Positions 36,766 through 48,706 of a stretch of 64,000 bases of DNA are shown one piece after another (position 1 is the stretch's first letter; every line of letters begins with the position of its first letter). The notes under the pieces are model-generated. The model was not told the origin of the DNA and ran no database searches. It was given only the letters and a program-made list of their open reading frames with translations. This stretch comes from Guillardia theta CCMP2712 (lineage: Eukaryota; Protista; Cryptophyta). The position numbers and the translations under genes were made by a program. Location of the stretch: NCBI RefSeq assembly GCF_000315625.1, contig NW_005434565.1:164521-228520 (forward strand), given 5' to 3'.

Positions 36766-36874
36766 ACTACTGAGTTGCCCTCATAAGAGATTTGATATAT
36801 ATAAACTAATTTTTTTCCCCAGCGAGGAAGGTGAGGAGGAAGAACATGTATCTTTGTTTTCTGTCGCACCGCTC

Positions 36875-38314
36875 TCAGCCGTTTCCTCTTCGCACCCTCG
36901 CATGGTCTTCAGCTCGAGCTATCCTCTCGTGGGGTACCCTGTCTTCATAGAGCAGCAGTCTGTGTCGGAGCTCCTTCGACTCACGTGTCATAGTCGTTAC
37001 CTTTGATCTCAGGTTGTGGTTTTCTGACATCAGCAAACGCAGTGAATTGCTCATCTCTTGCGCCTCTGCCTGCAGCTGTCTGACTCTGCTCTGTTGAATC
37101 TTCACAAGCTCCCCTGGCTTCATGTTCACTTGATTGAACCTCTCCTGAAGCTCCTTGCACTTTTGGGACAAAGAGATCCTCTCTTCACGCAGCTCTCTGA
37201 TCACATTCTTGTAGTCTTCTGTCTTCTGTCTTGCAGCTATCAGCTTCTCTGCCATGGATCGTGAGAGTTGCGGCGCAACCTTTAATCTGTCCAATCTATT
37301 CTTGGCCTCCATGAAATCTCCACTGTGCTTCAAGTTCTCGGCATTCATTTGCTCCAATTTTGCTTGATCTTCGATCAGCTCTGCTACAAGGTCTGAAAGA
37401 TTGCTGATAGATTCCACATAGACGTCGCTGAATCGCTTCTTGTCTAGGGCAAATTCGTCCAGCGTCTTCATCATGCTTTCTGCACGTTGTGCAATGGATG
37501 GGAACGAGATCGAGAGCTTCTCGTATCGCTCCTGCAGATCTTGAGATAACTGCAAGCGACCAATCAGCTTGACGTGAGTCTGGTCAATTGAGCCGCAAGA
37601 CAGTTCGCAGCAAGAGATTGCCTCTTGCAGGGAGCTGGACGACATCTCTAGGGCATGTGATAGGTTGGATGTTTCTTGGAGCAACCTTGCAATCGTTCTG
37701 CGAGCAAACTTGATTCTTCGCTTGAGCCTTCTGTCGGAGTGTTGGTTGCAATCGAACTCAAAGAAGTCACGGAGTTCTGCATCATCCGTGAATGAGTTGA
37801 CATCGATATTCTCCTCCTCCTCCTCCTCCTCCTCCTCCTCCTCCTCTTCGTCGCTCCCATCAAACAGCAATCTTGACACGCTGCCTTTCTCTGAGGACAG
37901 CTCAGCATTGGATTGCTTCTCCTTCAAGACTGCGCTGGTCATTTTCCACTCCTCTGACAGTCTCGTGTGCGAGTCTCCCTTATCTTCGGTATGACCCTTG
38001 GGAAGGAGGAACCCATCGAACCCATGAGCGGGAGGGGGTCTAGGAGTGTGCTTCTCTTCCATTCTCGGGGACAGGAGCGGGGGCGAGAAAGGGTCCATGG
38101 CACGAACAAGGGAAAAGCCTGAGGGAGGATGGATTGTTTCCGCGTCCTCGTCATACCTGATCCCAGGGGTCGTGTTGCGTTGGTATTGTTCAATATCCTC
38201 CTCCTCATTGACTTCATCATCATGGTCATCTCCTTGACATGATTTCACATCGTTTTCCTCCTCTTCCTCTCGAATCATCATCCTCAGACGGCTTATAGCC
38301 GTAGAAAGATCCAT
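36875..38314 (-). CDS. Hypothetical acidic + long coiled-coil protein, single exon
   Basis: ORF of about 480 codons with a heptad-rich C-terminal half. Confidence 0.7.
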   Translation of the reverse strand: MDLSTAISRLRMMIREEEEENDVKSCQGDDHDDEVNEEEDIEQYQRNTTPGIRYDEDAETIHPPSGFSLVRAMDPFSPPLLSPRMEEKHTPRPPPAHGFDGFLLPKGHTEDKGDSHTRLSEEWKMTSAVLKEKQSNAELSSEKGSVSRLLFDGSDEEEEEEEEEEEEENIDVNSFTDDAELRDFFEFDCNQHSDRRLKRRIKFARRTIARLLQETSNLSHALEMSSSSLQEAISCCELSCGSIDQTHVKLIGRLQLSQDLQERYEKLSISFPSIAQRAESMMKTLDEFALDKKRFSDVYVESISNLSDLVAELIEDQAKLEQMNAENLKHSGDFMEAKNRLDRLKVAPQLSRSMAEKLIAARQKTEDYKNVIRELREERISLSQKCKELQERFNQVNMKPGELVKIQQSRVRQLQAEAQEMSNSLRLLMSENHNLRSKVTTMTRESKELRHRLLLYEDRVPHERIARAEDHARVRRGNG

Positions 38315-39145
38315 CTTCACTATGTCTGTGGATCTCTTAGCTACCCACTGTCATTCACTCCCTTCCTCTGTCTCTGTCCCCTCCTGCCGCCGCAATCCTT
38401 GAGTCAAGACCCCTGCGCCCCGCCTGCATTGCGCCGGGCGGCTAGTCAACTCTCTTCAAGTTTTAGTCAACTAGTTTCCGAACTCTCGGAAGTTCAAACT
38501 GGCTCAGTCGCCGTACACTCGGCCGGTATTGCCCGGGCCCCGGAGCCTGCGTACAAAATGTTTACTTAATCAGGATTTTGTAATTATTTGCTACAATTAT
38601 CAGAATATTGTTGCACCAACGGTAACAATTGATTATATTTATCACCCCCACCTACAAATTACGTGGAGATACATGGGGTACTGTCATATCAGATGTCAGG
38701 GGTGGGGGTGATAAATGTACCCCTTAATATATCTCAAAAAGGATGGTAAATAGGGGGTAGGGTATATGACGGAGCCATCACAGGTTGGAGGAAAAGGTTG
38801 CAGAATTGGAGCATGAAAAAGGCGGGGTAGGGGTAGATCATTGGTCGTTTGGAGTGGGTGGGGGTATAATTCTATCTCCGGATGATATGATAAATAAGGG
38901 GGTATTTGTACTATATTGTTGGGGTCATGCTAACCATGGGGTAGGTGGATGTGTGGGTAGGTGTTCAGTGAAAAGGTGGGGTAGGACGGTCATGGCCTCA
39001 ATGGTTTTTTTGGGGAAGTTTGCGACTCAGGATGGCACGAATGCTCAGGGGGAGGGGGGGGAGGGGAGGACAGGAGGGAAGGAACAGAGGACAGGACAGG
39101 ACAGGACATGTCGAAAGAGAGCAAGGCAGGGCCAAACAGAAGGGG

Positions 39146-41381
39146 ATGTTGGACAAACAAGCAGCAGTAACCCGAAGTCAGAAAGGTTTACATCATACGA
39201 GTGTGGTGCGTTTCCTGCCTCATTCGGGAGGTTACAGTGTGCAGGGTACAGGCTACACAGATGCAGAACAAGACGACTGATCCGAGCCTTGTGCGGACTT
39301 GATAGGATATTGACTTGAAACGGTTCTCAGGCTGGAAAAGCAGTGGGAAGAAGTTTTGTGGGACCGAACGGAGTCATCGTAGCACCGTGCAGAGGTTCAT
39401 GCTTGAATACTCGTTTGATCTCTCCCTCCTCACTCTGCTCTCTCCTCTCCTATCTCAGGGGATGTGGAAGTCTCAGATTGCCCTTCGACACGTCCTCGGC
39501 GACCCATGGCCGAGCATGTCCTTGGAGGCTCGTGGGCTCAATGATGTAGGAGCTACTCCCCCCTCCCTCCCGCCTCCTCCTCCTCATTTGGCTGAGCATG
39601 CTGAGACAGGTGGACGACAGGGTCACGCTCGTCGCTGCCATGAACGAGGTGCGCCAGCCACTGCGTCTCCTCGCATGGCGGGAGCCAGGCCTTATCTTTC
39701 TGCTGTACAGATTTCACGGCTGGGGAGGGACAACCTCACGAGGACGAACGAGGCGCACAGAGAAGTGACGGAGCAGGGTGACATGAAGAGGTTCTTGGAC
39801 GCTGTGGCGTTTGACGGATGGCTGCAGTCCTGATATCGGCAGTGACATCAGCAGAAGCCTTGAGCCGTATCATCCAGCGATCGCAGATGAATTCCAGTGA
39901 GAGATACAGCCATGCTTTAAGGTTGGTCTCTTTGCCGTTGCTGAACTTGTGCTCTCTTGCTTGCTCCCACCGTCTCGAGATCGCCTGACGGGTCCTCAAA
40001 GGGAGGGAGGGGAGCACCCGTTGAGCTCTCGGTCGCATCGCCATCAGGACGTCAGTCTTCTCCTCGTTACTCTTCTCTCCTCTCTCACCCGATAGCACCA
40101 GGGCGCCTCGTCTGCCTCCGGGAAGGGATCAGAGAGCGAGGTTCCCCCTCCTGACGATGCCCTCTGCCCCCGCTAACGTCTCCGGCAGCTGGAGGAGCAC
40201 TTCATTATGAACCTCACCGCCCAGGAGCGGTTGTTGATCGAGAGGCAAGCTTGCAGCGAGTCGTCAGTCATGCGCAGTGACGGTGAGGAGCAGGTACAGG
40301 GCAAAGAAGATGGCTGAGAGCAACGGAGTTTCGAGCTCGTCGACTCGCCGGCCAGTCCTCTCCAGACGTTCCAAGGCAAGAATGAGCTCACCTGGCTCAT
40401 GGTCCAGCCTGTCCTGACACCTTTCGCGAGCAGAGCTTGCCCAAGGAGAGACCGATAGCGTCGAAACTCGAGCGTGTGGAAGAGGAAGTCACTGAGTGGG
40501 TCAGCGAGCCGGAGGCTGGAGATTACCCGGATCTGAGCAGGAAGAACGAAAGGTGAGGTTTCGCTTCCTCTGTTCCGCTATGAATGTCTCCCTTTACCTC
40601 CTCCCTAGATCGCAAAGTCTGCCCCATCGCATCCCTGTCCAGGTCTGAGATCTGCTGCCTCTCACCGAGCCTGATACTGCTTCAGATCATGCTGGAAGGA
40701 GGGAGCAAGATCGAGCAGTTCCAACCCTCCAAACCTTCTTCCACAAAGGTGTGGAGGGCGGTTGTCCCAGGAGGGGGGAATGACGGAGACTGCAGGCGAA
40801 GATCGTCGAGCTCCTTCACTCCCTCCCCGGATCCCCTCCGAGCAACAAGAACGTGAAGATGTGGGAGGCTCAGTCTCGCTCCCCGGGCTCCGGTACGTGC
40901 CGTTGAGGGGAAGAAAGAGGAGAGCGAGGAGGGAGAGAGGGAGGAGGGAGCAGAAGAGGGAGGGAAAGGAGACAAGGAGGAGAAGAGAGCGGAAGGAGGG
41001 AGAGGGAGCAGAGGGTTGAGGGGGGCAAGGCTCGTTCTGACGGGGAAGGAGCAGCTGCAGCATTGAAGGCCCAGTGGTCGAACACCAAGGTTCCACCTCC
41101 TTGTCACGGCGCCGAAGCTGATGTGCCGGCAGGTTCTGTCAGGGCTTGGACGAGAAGCAGATCAGACGCTGACAGAGTACAACTCATCTGCACAACGTGG
41201 TAACGAATCTCTCTCTCTCTCTCTCTCTCCCTTCCCCCCTCCTTCCTCCCTCCTCTCCCTACCTCCCTCCTGCCTTCATCCTCCTTACTCCTTCCCTCCC
41301 CGTCCCTCGTCTCTCCTCTCAACGCAGCATCTGACTTGTGAACTTTTCCTGTCTGATCCTGTTCCTCTCAAGGTGTTGTGA
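39146..41381 (+). CDS. Hypothetical multi-exon protein (boundaries uncertain)
   Basis: Regular short GT/GC-AG introns separate open exons such as GMWKSQIALRHVLGDPW, LEEHFIMNLTAQERLLIERQ and IMLEGGSKIEQF. No domain recognised. Confidence 0.45.
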
Positions 41382-42406
41382 TGCCGCATGCGTCGCTCTT
41401 CGGCACCCTGCGTCATCTGCGCAACCCGGACGAGGAGGTGAGAAAGGGAAGGGGAGGGAGAGGAGGAGAGGAGGAGGAAACGCGGGGGACAGAAACGAAG
41501 GAAATAGGAATAGAGAACGATTGGTTTGTAAGAGAACAGGACGGGAGGAAAAGTAGGAGAGATGTAAGGGAACGAAGTAGAGAGGAGGGGAAAGGAGGGA
41601 AGAGGAAAGGAAGGGGGAGGAGGAGAGGAGACTCTGACACGGGTGCATTCAGCGACACGTGGAGCACACGAGGGAAGTTGTTTCCCCGCAGAGAGAACTT
41701 TATGTGCCTGCATAATGTTTTCACACTTTATACATGATAAACACAGACTTAGTACTTGTGCTCCTCCTCCTCCTCCTCCTCCTCCTCCTCCTCCTCCTCC
41801 TCCTCCTCCTCCTTCTCGTGTTCTTTCCCCTCTGTCATGCTCCTTCTATGTTCCCAAGTCCATCAGTGACTTGATTTCTCCTTCACGTGCTCTGCTCGTT
41901 GTTTTCTGCCTTTGCTGTGACCGATGGTTTCACTTCATCCTTCCCGCCTCTCTCGTCATCCTTCCTCTCCTGGAGCTTCCTCCTCACCTGCCAGATCGTC
42001 AGACTCCATCCCTCCTCCTCTTGCTCCTCCTCCACCACCTCCTCCTCCTCCCTACCTCCCACCTTCTCTGCCTCCTTCCTCTCTCTTTATCCTCTTCTTC
42101 TCCTTCCTCTTCTACTCTCTCCCTCCTCCCTCCCTCCTCCCCTACATCGCGGATCGTCTTCTCCTTGTTCTGCCTCTCGACTTTCTCTGCTTGGTTCACG
42201 TTCCACGTGTCCACCCTGACAAGCCCCGGCATGTAGTCAGCAGGAAGAAACAGGAGCAGGTGAGGTGAAGGAGGAGGTGAAGGTAGACACCGGAGGAGAG
42301 GGACGAGCAGAGGAAGGAGGACGAGCAGAAGAACAAACGAGGAGGACGAGGACAGGACAGGACAAACGTGACGAAAGCGGAAGGCGCGGGGGGCTGGCCT
42401 GTGGAG

Positions 42407-42825
42407 NNNNNNNNNNNNNNNNNNNNNNNNNNNNNNNNNNNNNNNNNNNNNNNNNNNNNNNNNNNNNNNNNNNNNNNNNNNNNNNNNNNNNNNNNNNNNN
42501 NNNNNNNNNNNNNNNNNNNNNNNNNNNNNNNNNNNNNNNNNNNNNNNNNNNNNNNNNNNNNNNNNNNNNNNNNNNNNNNNNNNNNNNNNNNNNNNNNNNN
42601 NNNNNNNNNNNNNNNNNNNNNNNNNNNNNNNNNNNNNNNNNNNNNNNNNNNNNNNNNNNNNNNNNNNNNNNNNNNNNNNNNNNNNNNNNNNNNNNNNNNN
42701 NNNNNNNNNNNNNNNNNNNNNNNNNNNNNNNNNNNNNNNNNNNNNNNNNNNNNNNNNNNNNNNNNNNNNNNNNNNNNNNNNNNNNNNNNNNNNNNNNNNN
42801 NNNNNNNNNNNNNNNNNNNNNNNNN
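42407..42825. other. Assembly gap (~419 N)
   Basis: Run of N. Confidence 1.
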
Positions 42826-45800
42826 TCAGCCATTCTCCTTCAGCCCTTCGACTTCATCCTTGAGCTCCTCCACCTCTTGTCGCCACTTCAAGACCATCTC
42901 TCGGTCCCTGCGCTGACGTCACCTCCTCCTCCTCCTCCTCCTCCTCCTCCTCCTCCTCCTCCTCCTCCTCCTCCTCCTCCTCCTCCTCCTCTCACTTAGC
43001 CGTCGGCTTCCTCTTCCACGCGAAGAAGGATGGGATGTCGGAGATGTGCACGCAAAGTCTCGCCAGCCACACGCCTGCCACGCCTCAGCACTAGCATCAG
43101 CATCAGCATCGAGGGGACGAACCGGAGAGCAGGGCAGGAGTGTTGATAGCCGCGGCGATGAGGGCAGGAGGAGGAGAGAAGAGGAAGAGAGGAGAGGGAG
43201 CGAGGAGGACCAGGGCAGACTCGAGGTGCGTGTTGATAAAGCTGAGCTGCAAGATGCGCCAGATGGAGTAGGGGAGAATCACGGCGACCCTAGGAAGGAG
43301 AGTCAGGAGGAGAAGAGAAAGAAGGAGGAAGGAGAAGGAGAGGGAGGAGGATGGGAGAGGAGGGTGAGACCAGGAGAGAGAATCGTAAAGGGAGTTGAAC
43401 GAGGAGAGGCGGAAGCGAGGGAAGAAGGAGACAGGATGGGACAAGGACGAGGACCATGCAGGCGATTTGAGCTTGTCTCGGAGGAGGTCGACTGTCCCGA
43501 GCTCGAGGCCTGACGAGAAGATAAGAGAGGGAGAGAGGGAGAGGAGAGGACGCATGAGAGAAAAGCAGGAGGGATGGAGAACGTGAGATAGGAAAGACAA
43601 GACAGGTATATGAGGGAGGAGGAGGAGGAGGAGGAGGAGGAGGAGGAGGAGGAGGAGGAGGAGGAGGAGGAAAGCGGGAGGGAATGGACGGGGGGTCGTT
43701 CACCGACGCCGAGGAAGTATGGAGCGAAGATGGAGGCGACAAGCTGCCACTCTCCTCCCGTGCCAGCAGCGAGCGCGATAGGGAGGAAGGGGAGGATGAA
43801 ACCGATGGCAGTAAAGATCCAGGAGGAGGAGGATAGCACCTCCCAGAACCCCTTCCCTGTGATCGAGTCCGTACGCGGAACTCCTTTGAACGGCTGTGAG
43901 AGCTGCTGCAGGACGAAACGAACGAGGGGAAAGAAGTCAATTAGCGTGCAAGAAACAGGAAAGAAGAAACGAGGTGATGGTGGCAGGAGGTTGGGGAGAA
44001 GGGAGAGAGAGGAGGAGGACGGAGAATGGGGGTTGACCAGGAGTCCTTACCATGCGCGATTGCGTTGCATCCCAGTCCTCATAATTCTGATAGAACAGGG
44101 CCATCCTCCTTAGCACGAGGGTAGTGATGAAGTAGAAGACAAAGTCTCTGCGAAAGATCGACTGCGAAGGAGAGGTGAATGTTCGTTCGTTCCCCCAACC
44201 CGTTCCCCAACCCCCACTATATCCTCCTGCTCCCGCTCCTGCTGCCGCTCCTGCTCCTGCTCCTGCTCCTGCTCAACCTGCTCCTGCTCCTGCTCAACCT
44301 GCTCCTGCACTTCCTTCTTCTCCTTCTCTTGTTCCTCCTTGGCCTCTCCCTCCTTTGCATGTTCACATCCAGCTCGCTAACCTCACCAGGCAAATAGAGT
44401 CCGAGAGGAAGAACTGGCTGGCGATCCCCAACATCTGTCGGTCAACGTATCAACTAGATCTCCATCCTCCTCCTCTTGATCCTCCTCCTCCTCCTCCTCG
44501 TTGCCTCCCTCCTTCACTTACTGACCCATCTTTCTCCTCCCCCCTCCCCTCCCTCACCCAAGTGGCGATGATGAATAAAACCTTCTGCAGCTGGAGTCCG
44601 ATGAAGATCAGGTTCCCTCCGGCGTCTTGGAGGCTGGAAATCGTAATCTCTCATCAACTTCACTGTATTCCTCCATCCATTCTTGGCAATAAAAGCAAGC
44701 ATTCTGCGAACAGCAGGATGTACCTGCAGACGATGAAGGCGAAGATTCCTTTCAGGACGATGAAACAAGCTGCAAGGGCCGTCTACACGCTCATCAGGAA
44801 GCAGGAAGGGGGTGAATGTCTTACCTTGATAGTTGCAATGAGGAACATAACAGGATGGTAAACCAGAGGCAAGTTCCATGACTGCATCGTGAGCACCATC
44901 TACAACAAAAGTCAGACCGAGTTAAGAGAGTATAGATAAGGGAGGATGGAGTAGGGAGTAGGGAGTAGGGAGGACAGAGGAGAGCGGAGGGAGAGGAAAG
45001 GAGGGAGCAGGGAGCAGGGAGCAGGGAAGAAGAAGGAGAGAGAGGAGGAGAAACAGAGAAAAGTGAAGTTGAGATGGGGAGGAGGTCAGGAAGATGCGAG
45101 GCGAGGATCTAACCCCTTGCATGAAAGGTGGAATCGCCGACAGTGACGCGAAGTTTGCAGTCATCAGCTCGAGATTCTTCTGGACAAGGATTGGGAACCC
45201 TCCCTAAGAAGGAAAGAGTCAGGAGGGGTCTTGAGGGGGATGGGAGAGGTCGGTCACTTGGGCGCTAGCAGCAGAAGTCCACGAAAGGACATCTCCTCCC
45301 ATCATCACGAGCCTCTTGCTCAGCTCAAACATCCAAGAAAGGAAGAAACTCCAGACCAACAACCTGAACGACTGACGACAGCTTGTCAGTCAACTTCACT
45401 CGGGGAGGGGGCTACAACTGGGGATCGGCTCTGCATGAAAGGGAGGGAAGGGGGATGAAGAAGGAAGCCTCACCTGTTTGAGGAGAAGGATGGGAACTGG
45501 CTGTTTCTTCCATTCCTCGCCTTCCCTGCGAACCTGCCCGACCTTGTTAATCCTCGCCAACTGGAAATTCTCATGGCGAATACCGCTCCTTTCTCGCGCC
45601 ACTGCTCTGCGCGCCTCAGTCTCATGTCCAGCGTCAGCAGGCTCCTCCTTGGGAACTGCTGAGGTAGCCGTCTGGTGTGCGCATTGAACTCCATCTCCTT
45701 CCTCCTTGCAAGAAGAGGAGGCGTCATCCCCCATGCTGTTCCACCCATACCCGAATCCCTTCCGACCCTGCATTGAAAGTTCCCAGAAGGACCCCCGAAA

Positions 45801-45928
45801 CTTCCTGAGCATGCTGATCCTCGGCTTCCGCCTATCTCTCTTCCTCCTCCTCCCCTGCTCATCGGCACGGACGTCCAGCCAGCGCCGCATGCCGCCAGCG
45901 CCGCGGCCAGCGCCGCCCGTAAGAGCAT
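42826..45928 (-). CDS. Hypothetical multi-pass membrane protein with signal peptide + transit-like leader (possibly targeted to the complex plastid)
   Basis: MLLRAALAAALAACGAG leader followed by an R/S/G-rich region. Hydrophobic exons include PVMFLIATIK/TALAACFIVLKGIFAFIV, LIFIGLQLQKVLFIIATW and WIFTAIGFILPFLPIALAAG. The last exon, KDREMVLKWRQEVEELKDEVEGLKENG*, stops at the gap edge. Confidence 0.6.
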
Positions 45929-46349
45929 GGAGACACGGGGTGGAAACCTATGCGGTAGGATTAGCACTAGAACTGTTTTAAGATTAAATATTGTTCATTT
46001 TTAACTCTATTATTTTTCATTTGTGCATATATTGCTAATTTTAGATTTGAAATGAAATAATTTAATCTTAATTATGAAAGAACAGCGTTAAAATTTTGAA
46101 TTTTCTTTTTTCCTTTACAGGATATTTTCTTCCTCACCCAGTGCTCTTTTTTTCCTTTACAGCCCACGGGCCCGACGCGGGCCCGGCCCGGGTTCAAGAT
46201 GAACTTCCGAGTTCCGAAGTTCGGAACTGTCGGAGTCGGGCCGAGGGTCCCGGCGCCGCTAGTGCAAGATCAACCTTTACTCACTGAGTCAAACATCACT
46301 GTCCTGGCAGCGCGTGCAAGTAAACGGTATCTAAGAAAGCTTCACCCCC

Positions 46350-48368
46350 TCAGCCTTGTTCACTTCTCAGATAGCTCTGCATTGGATGGGACGGGTCAGC
46401 AGGTTAAAGATGGTGCAACGGCAGAACCAGTCACCTGCACTTCCTGCAGTACCACCTGGACCTCATCAACAGACCTTCCTCTTCTTGCTACCACCTGACG
46501 GGCGAACAAGGCAGGATGAGTCAGGTAGAGGAGCAGGCCCCGGACTATCCTGCACCTCATCCAAATCCTTGACGTAGTTTCCAGTCACATCCTCGCAAGC
46601 GTCGCTGCGCCAGCAGTCGGTCAACTGTGCAGGCCAGCAGGCCAAGGAGGGAGTGGAGAGGAGACCCACTTGCTGAACGCGAAGATGTAGGTGTGATTCT
46701 TCCCCCAGCCGAAGTACATGGACTGCCACGAGCGCTCAAGGTTCAGCTCAGCCCCGCCTGGCCCGTTCACCTTGTTGTCGAAAGCCGCCTCGCAAGGATC
46801 GATGTGAATCCACTCGTCTCGCGAGAGGACCTAACGATCACGTCAAGCAGACAGGAGCTCGCAGCTCGACTGAAGGCTCTACCTCCACCCACAGATGATC
46901 TGCCCAGTCAACCACCAGCCTGAAGGAAACTTGTCACGTCGTATCTGCTGGCAGAACTAGTTTCCTCGACTACCTGGTAGGAAAGTGCAGAGATCTCATG
47001 ATATGATACATCGCCATGCTGTACTCGGAGCATCTCCCCAGTCTAGAGGAGAGAACCTGGATCTACACGTGAGAAGGAGCATGGAAAGCGATCTTGCTGT
47101 GCTCGCACGTTTCTGATCGTATTGTATCGAGGAAACCGATAGAAGCTGTTGAGTTGTCACAAGGGAGAACTGAACCAAGACAGGCCGAAACAAGGATCAG
47201 CTCACCTTTTGCACTGTGGGCAATGCCAGATCTCGGTCTTGAGTGCTTGAAAATGAGACTCATTCCCATCTGGTGCAACGATACCTTGCAAGCAAACAAT
47301 TAGTCTCGATACGTTCTTCAACATTCCACGAGATTGAGGTATCTGATACCGAGGTATGTTGTATCGCCATGATTGCATCGAAGACAAGACCCCCGATAGT
47401 ATGGGAAATTTTCTTTGAACCTGTTCCAACCTAACGAACACCATCTCTGCATGCAAGGAGAGTGTCGGACCAGTTCAAGAACGGCTGCAATGTAGTTCGC
47501 AAACCCTCCTTCGACAGGTTCCTGGCTTGGAGCAACTCCTTCCAACGAGTCAGGCTATCACACAATCCTACTCTCAAGTGCAGACCTCTACTTCATCTCT
47601 ACCATAGTTGCTTCTCAACCATTCAAGAAGATGCTCCCCTGTCTGATCATTCAGTCTTCATCAGTGTTGTTAGAATCATTCACCCGTCATGCGATCGTGA
47701 GCGAAAATCTTCAACAGCCTCTTCATCGGTTCACATGATGTCAACACGTCTGACAGACTTGACGTGTGTCGTTCTTACATCCACGTACTCCTTCGTTTGA
47801 GTTTTCAGCCCGGGCTCATCTGAAAGAATGTCCGATGGAACCTGGACATGCCGGAGTAAGCTGCTGCAGCTACGAAGCTCTGCGCCGCACCGGCACGCGA
47901 AGCAGGAGGCTCCGACGGAGCCATCGCTGCCTCAACAGCCGTCTCGTCTCCAGGCTGCCCGTGTCCAGTATGTCCACATTCGAGCCCATGAGCCTGTGAT
48001 CGGACTTCAGTTGCACCGAATCCTCTCGCCTCTCCTCACGATGCAGCGCTCCGATCCGCATCCTCAAGCGCCATGTACTCGCGGAAGAGTCTGAACTCGC
48101 TCTCGTTCACTCCGATCGCGTGCACGTCGCCCTGGGCTGAAGACCAGCACTCCATCGCCGCTTCATCAGCCGCGCATGTCAAGGCAGCAGGGGGAGGGCG
48201 TGCAGAGTGTGCGGTAGTCCGGAGAGGGAGGGAGGGAGGCCTAGTCAAGCTTGCTTGGGAGGGAGGGCTGGTGTTGCTGGCAGGAGGAGGGAGAGAGAAC
48301 TGAGAGGAGGGACGAGCAGCGCTGCTGAGGAGGACGACCAGCATGGCAGCGCACCCCATAGATCCCAT
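46350..48368 (-). CDS. PNG1: Peptide:N-glycanase (PNGase, transglutaminase-like core) with N-terminal hydrophobic leader
   Basis: The spliced core reads SRLGRCSEYS..RLVVDWADHLWVEV..WIHIDPCEAAFDNKSMYFGWGKNHTYIFAFS..EDVTGNY, with the Cys-His-Asp triad intact. A CxxC (CLRC) lies upstream. Confidence 0.85.
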
Positions 48369-48416
48369 CCCACACACAAACTGTGTACCACAGCAGTTGG
48401 TAGACCGGAGTTGTCT

Positions 48417-48511
48417 CTGGGCCACTGCTGGCACTGCTGCTGGCACTGCTGCTGGCAGCTGCTGGGGCCACTGCTGGGGCCACTGCTGGGGCCACTGCTG
48501 GGGCCACTGGC
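48417..48511. repeat. 12-bp tandem repeat (GGCCACTGCTGG)n
   Basis: About 8 degenerate copies just upstream of the PNGase start. Confidence 0.9.
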
Positions 48512-48706
48512 CATGTTGCGGCACTCACTCAGTGTTGCGGCACATCAGTTGGTAGCCCTGTGCCCTGCAGCTGGCAGTGCCAAGCCAGGTGGCCAACAGG
48601 TGGCCAACTTATTATGCTGGGCTGCAGCTGGGAGGGGCTATGACATGTCACTTAACTTTAACGATTCACATAGAGAAACTACAGGCCCGGGCGCCGCTCG
48701 ACCCTG

